DNA from: Takakia lepidozioides
Lineage: Eukaryota > Plantae > Bryophyta
Assembly (NCBI GenBank): GCA_030704615.1
Contig: CM060733.1
Span: 33,728,001-33,792,000, forward strand
Direction: 5' to 3'
Length of the DNA stretch: 64,000 nucleotides
Part shown: positions 38,201-51,273 of the stretch, one piece after another
Numbering within the stretch: position 1 is the stretch's first letter
Layout: the number at the start of each line of letters is the position of its first letter
Notes under the pieces: model-generated
The model's database searches: none
Told to the model about the DNA's origin: nothing
The model's input: the letters and a program-made list of their open reading frames with translations, nothing else
Made by a program: the position numbers and the translations under genes

Positions 38201-39720
38201 ATTCAAAATGTGCAGTGCCATTTTCAGTTGTCCTGCCTTACAGTGTGTCCTCACATTCTCACGTGAGTCATAAGACTGTTGTTTGTCTCCGTCTGTGGTT
38301 CCTCTTTCAAGAGCAATGGTCATCGAGGACATTCCTGATTGAAACAACTGCGCCTGATTCAACCCTGCCATCCTGCATGCCTCAACACTTTAAAACAGAC
38401 CTTGACAGTCAAACTCACAAACTATCTCTCAAGGCTGCTAATATTTGAAGGAAAATTTTCTTCATGAGGAAATGTACCTCGGTACATGATAACATGTTGG
38501 TACCCTTCCAATCAAAGCATGGGATGGCAGCTTGCAACAAATATACAAACACCAGCTGCAATACCATTACTACCTTTTCTAAGTGACTATCGAGAAATCA
38601 ATTCTAACAACTGTGTTCGCCTTCAAACCTACAAATGCTTATGACATGACCTCTGTGTCAAATTCCGTCGGTGTGGACCACCTCCTATCCACTCCCCAAA
38701 ATTTTCTTTTATTTCTCAGTTTCCATCTAAAGGAAGAGCAGTAATGTTCATACAAGTGACGGTAGGGGATGCTGCATGGAGCACAATTGCAGTTCTCACC
38801 CAATCCACCGTATGGAGGTACTTGCCCCTAGCGTCTTCCGATGTCTGAAATTGACAATCTACCCCTGCGGATTTTTGTAGCCCCCAATCTGTAGCGCCTC
38901 TTTGGTACTCTTATGCTTGCAATCTGGTCCTCTACAATGAATCTGCACCCACACTCCATTCCTGCCTCCTTCAGCTACTCTTGCCTCCACAATAAAATTA
39001 TCTAGAACCTCGCCCCTTGCCGCAACTACCTAACAACGACAACCCCTACCCATGATTTACATAGCCAGCAGACTAACCCTACCTGCCACACACTAGTTCC
39101 TATGCTGAATTGGTGGAAAGACTTCAAAAAATGCGTGAAGGAGAGAGATGAATATGAGATTTGAAAGCAGAATATCCTTGGCAGGACAAATCCCCGCTGG
39201 ATTCTAAACTTCCCAGGTCGGAAAGAAATTGGAGACGATGGACTGTAAAGAGGGAGGTGGGTAGGGGCTCACAAAACAGGTGAGAGATGACAAGAGATGA
39301 TAAGAGACCTCCAAAACGTTGAGTATGATAAGAACTGAAGTATGTGGTGGGACAGATACTGGATTGAAAGCCACCAAGGAATGCAAGTGGGCCACGGAAG
39401 CAGGCCAAAATTCTCATCAGTGTTGATGTAAGAGCTGACATTGACAGGATGTTAAAGCGCACGAACTTGTAATCGGCACCGCTATTTCAGCCTCCCACCT
39501 GACATGACACATGTAGCAGTTGTTACGTAAAAGGGAACCATCATGAGCGAGAGAGGGGTGGCGTGGGGGATTGCCACTTGCGTTATGAGAAAAAAAAAAT
39601 GAATGCATCTAGTTGTCGGGTTGTAGCCTAACAAGTATTCACCTTAACGCCTCGATTGTCCCACCATTGCCTGGGGCTTGAAAAACATCTCTCCCAAACC
39701 TTCTCCTCGTATGTACTTTG
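35262..39720 (-). pseudogene. PLS-PPR paralogue (PPR4): PDF exons ~39720-39643 and 38942-38800, PLS-E ORF 38371-35663, frameshifted and decayed DYW to ~35262
   Basis: 902-aa open PLS-E ORF, frameshift after HTFVVD, remnants YSEKLAIAFG, KNLRVYGDC, DANRIHHF. Upstream exons give EEKVWERCFSSPRQWWDNRGVK|IHCRGPDCKHKSTKEALQIGGYKNPQG-stop. The ORF has its own ATG, so an E+-like product remains possible. Confidence 0.82.
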
Positions 39721-42700
39721 CCTTTGTGCATAGCTGCCTGCGTTGGCAACTTTCTCACTGAAGGTGAACACGGGCAGCAGTGGCCTCTCATTTTTCTCAC
39801 CTCCAGCTGACCTCCTTGCTCATTCCCCTGCCCATAAACCTCGTCCCCCTCCGGTGGCATCCACTGCCCCGCAATTTGCAGGGAACTTGTCGAAATAAAT
39901 CTGAATGTCATGCAATTTGGAATTTGCAGAGGAGCGTGCAGAGTATCCAGCCCATAAGTGGTTGAATCTCTCAAACCTCTGAAACTCTCATCTCACACAA
40001 CCCCTCCACATAGAAGGCGGTTCTGGCTGCTGCACAAAAACACAGACAACACCTCTCCTGCGAAACAACCCACATACAGCGTCTCCCTCCGCGGAACAAC
40101 CCAAAATCATCGTCTCTCTCTCTCTCTCTCTCAACAACCCGCACGCATCAGACAATCCAAAACATCATGTCTCTCTACAGAAACAATCCACAAACATCAT
40201 CTTTCTCCCTCTGTATGATTCTTCTTCTCATAGCCTGCATTAGAGACAAAACTAAATGTCGTTCACTCATCCATTCATCCTCGAGGGTGGGCCTACTTGT
40301 TGAGAGGGATTACAATCCATGGCTCATTAGCATCGACCGTTTACACGTTTAGTTTAGACCCGTCTCGTTTGCTGTTTGCACCTCACTCATCGTGTTGCTG
40401 TCAAGGATTCGCAAGCGGCCCTCAGCAAGTTGTATTACAAGGACCCTGTGCCTACTATGCATCATTCACAGAACTTGGCTTACTGAATTGTCCATTTTTA
40501 CAAATTTACAGCTATTTTCATATTCTTGCAATGTAATGGTAGCAATGGAATTTTTTGTTGTTCCAAAGCATGGCTCTCCAAGGTCCCTCCCCACTTCATT
40601 CTCTCTCAAAACAGATGCAGAGGTGGATGAGGCTTTCTTTTGCATATATCACTTTTTCATGACTGCCTGGAGAATGGAGAAGAGCATCAAGCAAGGAAGA
40701 AGGATGTTGGTGTGCAACTCAAAAGGGGTTTGATGTGAGGTGGTGTAGTAGCCATTTAGTAAAAACTGATAAGCCGAATGTGCATTCCACCTCCCTTGAG
40801 TGTTTCAAATCTGGGATTTCGCCCTATGTCACCAACAAGACCCGCACTCAATGTCAATGTCGCACATATGCAATGTTCAAATGGATCAATAGCAATAACA
40901 GGGACCTGATGCAGAGCAGTTGTGGTATCTGCGAAAGTCCTGCAGCTGGTCCTTGCACTGGGACCTGGTGACAAAATTGTGGGGAAGACAGTAAAAGACC
41001 AACTAAATGAAAGTCTCTTCCTCACTGCTCAAATACAAAGATGCGAGTGAAAGTGTAGGCGAGGGCTTGGAGCATTGAGTTTCTTCAAGGATGGTATCAG
41101 TACAGTAACAAAACAGAAACAGTATTGTTGCATTTCCTCTAGACTTTGGCAAGCTAGCCAGCTCACAAGTGAATTAGTCAGATTCTTGCAACTAATGGCT
41201 AGTTGGTTCTAGACTCTGCTGGATGCGGTCATTTGCTGTACTATGCGGAAAACAAAACAATAATGACAAATGGCAGTAAAAGCTTCCCATTGGCACTAGA
41301 AGAGAACTTGTAACCTCCAAATCAATATTAATTGAAACCACAGTAGCTAACTGCAGATGCAATGTCGTCCCCTCCCAGCCAGATGATAGACGCAAAACGA
41401 CCCTGGATGTCATAGTCTTGTATGACCCACTTCAGATCTTGTGCACAAAGATCATGACAACAAGATCTTGACTTCACCATAAAATTCAGAAACACCAAAA
41501 GTGGTGCAACTAAGACTCAAAAGAACAATTTCTCATCTTCAAGGGGTAACGGTTTGATTCGGCAATGTCCACTGATCATATGAGAACAAATACTCGTTCG
41601 GCTCTAACATTCAGAAGAGGGCACGGGCACAAAGCAACTTTTGCATTTGCCTTTCTGCTGCAGGCCTAACTTAAGCTTTAAGTCACAGGAAGCTCAATTA
41701 CAATTCCCAAGTGTTAAGCTTCCGCCTTAATACATTCTGTGGTTTTCTAATGGATTGAGACCGAACATCATTGGTATAAATCACATACACCATGCCAAAA
41801 ACCACATACCATGCCTAAATTTTTTAGCTTTTCATTCCATGTTGTTGACAGTCATTTTCCAACTCGTTCCATCAAACTATGTTTTTACAGCTGTGACAAA
41901 ATTTATCCACCTCAAACGCATTGAAGTCAGTGCTCTTAGTATCGTAACTCTAAAGGGTGTCCCTACTGTCTTAAAATAACAAATGTGCACTCGCACTGAC
42001 CTAATATGGAAGCAAGATGTTCCAAAGCTGTTCAATTGTGAGCTTGAGATCTTCATGGCATCATCTCCATCCCCATCAATGTTACCATCCAGGAATCCGC
42101 CTGCATCTGCCTCGTCAGCTTCCTCCCCCTTCTTGCCAGTCACAGCCCTCTATAGTGCCGGCGTATCTCCACAAGTTCCATGAATGATGAATTGGGTGCG
42201 AAAGCCTGCTGGAAACATTCCACACAATACAGATGATATGATTTTTCGTGACACCGATGAGAATCTATGCGTTTGATGCAAATTATTGCACATTATGCAA
42301 ATGTGAATGCAATATCACTAGTCAAAGGTTACATCCCCTCACAACGAGGAAGGCTCTGACAGGGGCCATACCCAACCATGCAAGACCTTTGACAACGTGA
42401 CCCCAAAATAAAAAAGAACCAAAAACATTAGAGTTGTGAAAGTGCATTGATTCAACATGCAACAAGTCAAGTGTTTTCTCAAACATTTTCCACACCCAGC
42501 ATTCTAGGATACATTTTCTTGTACATGACATGAGAAATTGATGACATGAACTGGCCTGATAGATTAATAGGGTATTGCTGACCACTGACATATCTGCGTG
42601 GACTCTCTATGAGAGAACGAGGTCAGTCTGCCAAAAGGCCCTGTCTCCAGCCGAGAACTGGCCTCACCCAACGCAGTGGCCGAAACCATTGCTGTGTCAA

Positions 42701-43450
42701 CTGGTTTAAACCTCAACCCATGAGTCTTGCGGGCATGAAGTTTCTGTCAGTGACGGCCTATCCTAAACTAGATCAGCTTTAAGTTCATTCTGACAGAACT
42801 TGGAGTTGCAGAGGATACCTCAATAGTGTAATGCCTGCTACTGCCATCAAACGCAGGCCCTGCATCCAATTTCCTGGTGGTCATCATTTGCAAACCTAAA
42901 ATGCAAATCCAAGAGAGCAGACACATGCTGCAGAAACTGGAATGCGCTTTCTGTGAGTGCAAAGACCACGCGAAAAGACACACTCAATCTAGAGTGTGTT
43001 ATCAGACCGTATGAAGACCTGACTAGAAGGTTCAGATGCAGACCAGAGACTCAATGGAGCGAGTATCAAGCATAGCCTCCAACATCATCCATGAAACCAA
43101 GAGACAATGGAAGCTGGATCAGTCGATTATGTGTTTGACCCTACACCAGCATGCATGGAAAATGCATTGAATGCTTATTTGTCTTTTGGCCAACAGAGAA
43201 CCCCAGCAGGATTGTTCCTTGGAGCTACACAAACTAAGGCTAAGACACGTGATAAGCTATTCTTTTGTTCCTTAATTGCACATGCCTCTGGCCACAATTC
43301 TTGTACTCAAATCTGAGTTGATCCAGATCGGTGAAATATAAAATAGATCGCAAACAAACTTGAGCAGGGAGTGCAGAAAAAGCTAACCTGAAAGTGAAGC
43401 CAGCCTGAAGAAACCATCGATGTCTTAGAAGTGATACGAAAGAGCACCGG

Positions 43451-43489
43451 CTGTTCCAACTTACAATGAATGTCCTGCACTTGAGGGTG
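43451..43489 (-). pseudogene. Short DYW-domain remnant (HPQVQDIHCKL)
   Basis: caccctcaagtgcaggacattcattgtaagttggaacag resembles PPR2 19890-19927 caccctcaagttcaggaaatccacgttgagctgaacag. Confidence 0.4.
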
Positions 43490-44016
43490 GTAGCCTCCAT
43501 GGAGCAACTTTAAATATACCAAGCTTATTTCTCCTTACGTTACTGTACAGGGATCAATGCTAACTCTTACGCCCTAGTCAAATTTACTATTAATGTGTAT
43601 GATGAGACATCTCTAAAAGTGGGGAGCCATAACATATGATATGGTCCCTACTAAAACCACCATCAATAGAATACATCTAGAGTGACTTCTGGTACTAAAG
43701 AGAGATTCTACCATTGATCCACCCTTCTTGCTGCATCTAAATACAGCAAATAACCTTTCCATTTGTGTCCTAGAACTGACAAGACCCCATGTGGGTCCAG
43801 TGAAGTCGATGTTTTTAGGACAAGGCCAAGAGATGACTCTGTACATCTAATGGTATGGCAGTCCACAGATACGTGTTTAAATATCATCAATGTACTCCGT
43901 ATCAGAGGATCCAAAACGTGTATTTGCACAATATTTAGCTTTTCGCGCCGTTGCAGACTCATTTGAATTATCGTCCCACTCTCAAAAGCTCAACAAGAGC
44001 CCTTGCTCCATGAAGC

Positions 44017-47000
44017 CTATCCGACCCTGGCCTTCAGAGGAGAGAACATGTCAGGATCTTTTCTGACCGGCGAAGCCTTTATCCTTTCTTTCTCAGCATC
44101 CTTCTCAGCCTTCTTCCTCTCCATCTCTGCTTGCTTGCTGTTCTCCTCAAGTGCCTTCTTGAACATAGTCACAAAGTTGAAGAGGATTGAAGTCACTGAA
44201 AATAATCACATAACACAAAATCTGTGAGGAGCAAAGAATTTCACGTGGGCCTACCCAATCATACTTGCTGTATATGCTTTCACCAGTTGGCATGTCTCTC
44301 CCATCCCACGAAACAAAAAAGAACTGAACCAACTACAAAAAGTTGGTCAAACATGGTACACTGTTGTACACAGAGGCCTAGGGTGTTGAACTGAAACTGA
44401 AAACGCAACAGATGGCAAATGCGGATACCTTGCTCAAAAGGGCACCGTGCAGGATCCTCTCCAAAATACTGTGCCAGAGAATCAGCATTGCGGCCCTGCC
44501 ACCATTAATACATACTGAGTCCACGGCTGCTTGGTCATCTAGGGATCTGTAGGTCGACCATAGAGTGCGAAGGGGGGAATGAAAGAAATCAACCTCGTGC
44601 GAGAAGGCCATAGAGATAAAACCAAATTGGAACCTGTCGAAACGAAAATCCTAGAAAAACAAAAGAACTTACCACTTCTGCATAAAGAGAAGCAAGGGAT
44701 CGCACAACTGCCTCTGCCGTGGTAAGAAAGGCTTTCAAAACCTGCATTGCACAAAGAACAGTTGCTGACAGTTTCAGACTTCACATGCACTCAGTGCCTC
44801 AACCTCACGTCGCCACGTCAGGCGCTACGACAACTTCTTAAGCAATCAGTGGATGAAAGCCAACAGTTTTCTCAACAGCCGCAAGAGTTGAACTTGTGTT
44901 TCAAACAATCCAGCCATGCCAACCACATCCAAGCTCCAGTTCAAGAAGCACCAAACATCTCATAAGGTGACTCCTTCAAAGAGAAGGAGGAATTATTTTC
45001 TGTTTACATTCAAATTTGGAAAGGTTTGTCCTGTTCATACCTCGCGAAAACCATCCGAGGTAGGCCCGTCATTCTCAGAAACAGTGAGTTCCTGCTCAAC
45101 CTTCTCCAAGCCCTTACTTATAGCTTGCATCTCTTCGGCCAATGACTTCAACTGGATCTGGAACCAATATCCACACACAAGCAACAGTTCAGGACAATGT
45201 TTTGGTCCTCCTGTTGTTTCAGAAAACCTACATGAAAGCACCTCCATAGATCTGCAATCTGAGATCCAGATTGACTATCTGTAAATGAAAATTTCACTTT
45301 TACGTGCATTGCAGGATGTTTCTTCCTGTTTACCCATGACCACCTTGTCTAGATGTGATGAGACAATTGGGAATCAGACTTACTGGATTCATTTGACAAA
45401 ACCATTATAGCTCATAGCTCTCTGGATATGGTCACTCGTGACGATGAAACAAATGAGGAAAAAGGAATTCAAACTAAATCTGCACTCGATGTGGCATAGA
45501 GATTTTCTACAAATCATCTCTTTGAACATCAACTAGATGAAAAGCCCATGAAGGAGTTACCTTTGTTGCAGCTTCTATGTGTGGCAGGTCATTGTCGAAG
45601 TCGAGCAGATCTGGCAGCTTGTCAGCTATTACCTGATCCCCAGGACAGCTCTCAGAAAGACCAGGGAATAGACTAGAGACGTTCAAAGAGAGAGAGAAGT
45701 AGCGAGAGAAATGTACTTACGACAGCTTTGCCATAGCCTTGTGGCCCTAGACCCACCCAGTTTGGATGGAGAGAGAGAGAGAGAGGGCTTATTAATCAAA
45801 AATTTAAGACAGCAGAGGATGGGAGAAGAGCAAACCTTGCAAAGGTAATGCATAAGAGTCATCTTGTTATTGCGAGCACGTGTGTCTGTAAGTTTTAGCA
45901 AGCTATCCAGCTTGAACCCAATCGCTGATCCTATCCATACAGAAACACAAAGCAAAGATAAGAGCCAGATTTAAAAAAGCCTCAAACAAGCACTTAAAAG
46001 GCCTGCTAGCAACCACAGAGCATGCAGATGTAAAGTATGCTTTTTGGACGGAAAACTAGCCTAGTCAATGGTTAGTTCTACAGGCAATCAGAACAGATAT
46101 GGCATTAATCTGGGTGCAGTTAGTCATCTCATCAATAAATAGTGCTCCACATGCATGTTCAAGTGTCTGAAAAAAAAATCTCTAGCAGGCAAACTGACTA
46201 CCAGGAATTAACATGGGAAACCCTAAGATCATGGATGTGTCGACCAGCTCTTTAGGCTTCAGTTGCTTGGAAATGATGCTGCAGCTTAAATGCACCAACC
46301 ACTACAGGAACCTAGTAAGGTTTGCACTTCCACATCATCAGCCCTCCTCGACCAGCTCTTTAGGCTTCATTTGCTTGGGAAATGATGCTGCAGCTTAAAT
46401 GCACCAACCACTACAGGAACCTAGTAAGGTTTGCACTTCCACATCATCAGCCCTCCTCGACCAGCTCTTTAGGCTTCATTTGCTTGGGAAATGATGCTGC
46501 AGCTTATATATGCACCAACATCCACAGGGACCTAGTAAGGATTGCACTTTCACATCATCAGCCCTCCTCACACTGTGGGGCTACTTTCCCCTGAAGAACT
46601 ATTTGAACACAGCACATGGCACTATGCATACCTCGTGCAGTTCCTGAATTCAAAGCATTGCCAAGGGAGAGAATGGTCTGCATCACTCGACGCAACTTTG
46701 TGGAGTCTCTCACCTGATTCACATGAACATACTCAGAAATATTCACCAACCCTACAGCAACAATATGAACCATATGCAGCCATAAGCCTCCCATGAACAT
46801 GTTCCAATTTTGTACTGGCTCCCCCACCTCATGAGCAAATCCATACAATACACACCCAAAAATCAAGTCAGAAATCAACTGGTGTTCCCAGATCTTTGTG
46901 TAGGATTCTATTATGCCAGAAAAGAAGTGCAATCCCAAGACGACCGTTGCTAGAGCAACCACAACAACCTACCTCTCTGGAGGCATTATTGACAGTCTCC

Positions 47001-50000
47001 AAATTGGCCCGCAAGTCCTTGATCTGCAACAAAGAAAGAACACTCGCTATAAAACCTGATACCAAAAGAAACATCAGCTTTGTCTGCACAAAAAGCAAGG
47101 TAAGTAACCAACCTGGGTGGCAAAGAGAATCTTGAAGGAGAATACCCGCAACTTGGCTTCCATTCTTGGGACCCTCATCATTTCAAGAAAAAACTGCAGA
47201 TAAAGAAACACACCAACACAGAGTGAACAGCCTGAAGTTTGACTTGGATCCTTCTGAAAAGTTTGACCATGGAAGTTCACCATTCAAGAGAATGTTGAGG
47301 GTGGCTTGCCAAGAGGACAAAGCATCAAAACCTGAAGATAAACCCACCTGTTCACACTTCCCTAAGGTGTCTTTGTCACCACCAAAATTCTGCACTCATC
47401 ACCAGATCACATCAGCATAAGCACATGAATCTGGACAAACAGCTCACCTGGCATTTTTGCATGAGCTCTCACAAAATTACTCGGGTTCTTCTTTTCTGTA
47501 TGACAATTTCCAGATATTGTAGACCTCACATGCAAGATATGAAACAGAGATAGCAGATACACTGAACCTTGCTATCTAAGAAAATAAATTGCTACCAGTA
47601 AGGCAAAGTGAACTTCCTACCCTCAACATATCCATCTCTTCTTTTGTTGGGCAGTTCTTGATAAGATTTTCCACCTGGTCCATATCTAAGACAGATGCAT
47701 CCAAGGCCAGTACCGCGTTCTGAACACAACATGCTCACGTTATTGCCACAAGGAACGCTGATATACTGAGCTAATCAACTCCACACATGACAAACAAACA
47801 TCAAAAACACAACATTCCTGGTCTCAGTGCTACTGTCAAACATCCAACCCCCTTAGATACACCTCAATCAGAATCAAAATAATGGCTTCACGACAATGGC
47901 TCAGAATGCAATGACAATCACTTACAATCACGGCTGGCAACGGCATCTTGACCTTTGTGAGCATAATCTCACAATTGTTTGCTCTCCGAAGGTCAACCTG
48001 CGTCCCACAATGCACCAGACCATGTCAGGAAGGCTTCTGTAATCCATAATCAATGTTATGAAATATGGCATTTTATATTTTCAAGCTGTGTGACAGGTGG
48101 GTGAAAAAGGAGTAAGACACCATACCAGATGCACCTTCTCCTGCTTAGCAACGGCACGCCGGGCCCCAGCTTTATCCCCAGCGCCAGCATTTGCAGCTGG
48201 AGCTGCTGCTGAAAACAGGCTTTCCAATTCTGTCATGTCAAACTCAGGTGCTCTGCCAGACCCACTAACCATTTTCAGCAATCTCCCATTCCTTTGGATA
48301 GAATGCAAAGTATCACAGCCTCAGTTTAACCCACAAAGAACTCGTCACAGGCTCAAACGCAGTTCAAGGTATGAGAAAATAAACTCAAAATCACAAATCA
48401 TATTCTAAGATCTACTGTACCAGAATCTATAATGCTTTCTACTAGGTCTAGCACAATGTGAGCTTGGATTATGAGATGGGCATTGATAAGCGGGAAAGTT
48501 GGTCTAGTGCTAGTTTAAGCACCATACTGTCACTGCAAGTAAATTAATGATTTATATTAGAATGGCTGGAGATATCAACAGGAGGCCTACCTGGACTGGT
48601 CTTCTTGTTTCTGGTTCTCAGCCCACAGGCTGCCTTGCACAGCACGTGTCACTTTCACCCAGTGAAGGGGCCTTAGAGATGCTTTCTTGGGAAGAGGAGG
48701 TGCAGCGGCAGCAGCAGCTACTGGTACAGGAGGTGTGGGAGCTAGGGAGCTCCGACCCCGCCCACCAGGTAGCAATGGTGCGGCAAGAGGATCCCCTCTA
48801 CCTCTGCCAGGTGGAAGGGATGCAGGGGGAGGCCCCACAGGGCCTGTACCACCTGGGGGTGGTGGAGGTGGAGGGCCACCACGACCTCTACCAAGGGGAG
48901 GGGGAGGAGGAGGGGCAGGAGCACCAGGCTTTCCTAGAGGGGGTGCCGGAGGAGGTGGAGGAGCACCTGGCTTGCCTGGAGGGGGGGGAGGGGGAGGAGG
49001 GGGAGCACCTGACTTTCGTGGTGGTGGAGGGGGCGGAGGTGGTGGAGCAGGTGCACCAGTCCGTAGGGGTGGTGGCGGCGGTGGTGGAGGGACAGCACCA
49101 CCTGACCGAGGTGGAGGTGGAGGGGTTGGAGGGGGTGGAGCACCACCTGACCGTGGTGGTGGGGGAGGGGGGGGCGGGGGAGGTGCAACACCAAGTCGCT
49201 GTGTTGGAGGGGGAGGAGGTGGTGGGGGAGGGGCACTGCCAAATCGTGGAGGAGGGGGAGGGGGGGAGGAGGTGGAGGAGGTGGGCCACTGCTGGGACGT
49301 TGTGCAAAGGGAGGAGGAGGAGGTGGTGGTGGTGGTGGTGGTGGAGCAGCAGCAGCAGCACGTGCAGGTCGGAGAGGGGGAGGAGGAGGGGGTGGAGGAG
49401 GGGGAGCAGCACCCACGGGTCTTGTAGGGGGAGGAGGTGGGGGAGGAGGTGGGGCTACTGTACATGTACGAAGTGGAGGTGGTGGTGGTGGCGGTGGGGG
49501 TGGTGGAGCAAAAAGTTGCTTGACCCTAAGAGGGGAGTTTGGAGCAGACCGTGCGTCATGACTGCCATTCATGTCACCTGGAAGTAACTTCTCCAACTGC
49601 TCCTGGAAGCCACTGACAGTCATCTGCTGCTGGAGGAACCTAAGAGCAGCATCCCCATGACCATCCACCCAATCACCACTGCTAAATAGCTCCTGAACTT
49701 TTGCAAAAGCCTCCATTGGCAAACCTCCCTTTTCTTCACCACCCAACATAACCACAGGAGCTATTGGTGAAGGAGAAACTTCTGTCTCATTGAATAGAAC
49801 CTGTCAAGACAAATGCCATCAAGACAGCTTCAATAAAGTAATGAAGTGCTTGCCGATGCAACTCTCAACCCTAAAGCCTTAAATAGATAGACTAAAATAC
49901 ATTTGGTAGTAACAGGTGCCACGGGCAACTAATGCTGCGAGTGTTCGAGACCAAAAAAACCATCTACTCACCTCTGCCTTGAAGTCCTTGGGATAGCGTT

Positions 50001-51273
50001 CTTTTGCATTCCATAGAATATCTATGTCATCCCTTGTAAGAATCAGAATGTTGGACCTGATGAATGCTGTGTTGAACATGATCCGAAACATCATCTCCTC
50101 CCTTTCAGAGTCGCTCTCCAGATTGACACACTCCAGCACAACGTCACCTTTCACCGCACATTGCACATCGATCTTCACTACGTCGCAATCAATCTGTGAC
50201 ATTTAACAGTAATTGGGGTGACGACCAAACCTCAATCAGCCCAACCATAGGTCATACACCTACAAGTCAAGACGACCTAAGAAACCACTTCGGAAGTCCT
50301 CACCTGGCGATAATGGCGTACTCTCTTCTTTCCCTGTGAGAATAGCATCTGCGTCATGCGAGTTCCCTTTAATCTTGGATCCTGTCCGTAAAGCCGAACC
50401 AAAGGCCTGCAACCTCCTTCTGAATCAAAACCGGGAACTACCCTAAACATAAGACAGTCTAACGTAAGGGCACGGTCAGGTGGTGGCCATTCGGGTGCAT
50501 TATTTCGTCTGGCAACGTACTGAAGATACCGGAGCTGAGAGGGCATCGGATTGAGGGGCGATAGAAGTGGTAGCAATCCTTTGGGAGCCTCTTTATGAAG
50601 CATATCCAAGGTCTTCTGCTCCCCCGTCTGAAGTTTCCTGTATATAAGAAATGATGATAGTATGAAGGCAAGCAATGGCCAGCCTCCCCTTTCACAATGC
50701 ATCAACACGATATTCTGACTGCCTTCCAAAGACAGCCAGCTATCACTGGACCGCAGAAAATGGTGAATCATCTCCATTGACAGGATAGGGCAACCTTCAT
50801 ATTGTTTGGGATAATCCATCACTGTCATATCATACTGCGACAGAATTTCAGTGAGCTGGCTCTTTCTTTCACCCTCCCTAAAATTGAACACCAGATAGGA
50901 AGAGTCTGGGAACTGCTCATGGAGCTGCGTCGCAATATGTCGCATGTAAATCTTGTAGGTCTCCTCTTCAAACACATCGGTGGAAAAACACGAATCAAAC
51001 ACTGCGAGGCACACACATAGATGTATCAATCCCCCATTGCACTACAAATTCACTCCAAACCAATCTACAAGTGACAATTACAAGTTCAAAAGCACAGCCT
51101 TGAAGATGAACAAGCACAACAATCTCATCTCATCTCGATAAAACGCAAATCACCACGCCCGAACAAACATCAGAAACGCGGCAAGTAAAAGATGTGTTAC
51201 CGTAAACGCGCTCAGTGATTTCAAGAAGGCCATCTGGTGGCCTTCTATAAAACAACCTACGAAACAGCGACAT
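44017..51273 (-). CDS. Class II formin (PTEN-like + C2 + FH1 + FH2), multi-exon, with an apparent 1-nt frameshift in FH1
   Basis: MSLFRRLFYRRPPDGLLEITERVY, VFDSCFST, HCERGGW, MFNTAFIRSN, polyproline FH1, LRPLHWVKVTRAVQGSLW, LGNALNSGTARG, GFKLDSLLKL, YFGEDPARCPFEQ; stop at 44017-44019. Confidence 0.93.
46240..46568. repeat. 3 x ~109-bp tandem repeat in a formin intron
   Basis: tcgaccagctctttaggcttc starts at 46240, 46348 and 46457; units nearly identical. Confidence 0.92.

Noticed and set aside
48547-49587. Long Gly-rich and Glu/Val-rich plus-strand ORFs
   Set aside because: Antisense shadows of the formin polyproline exon.
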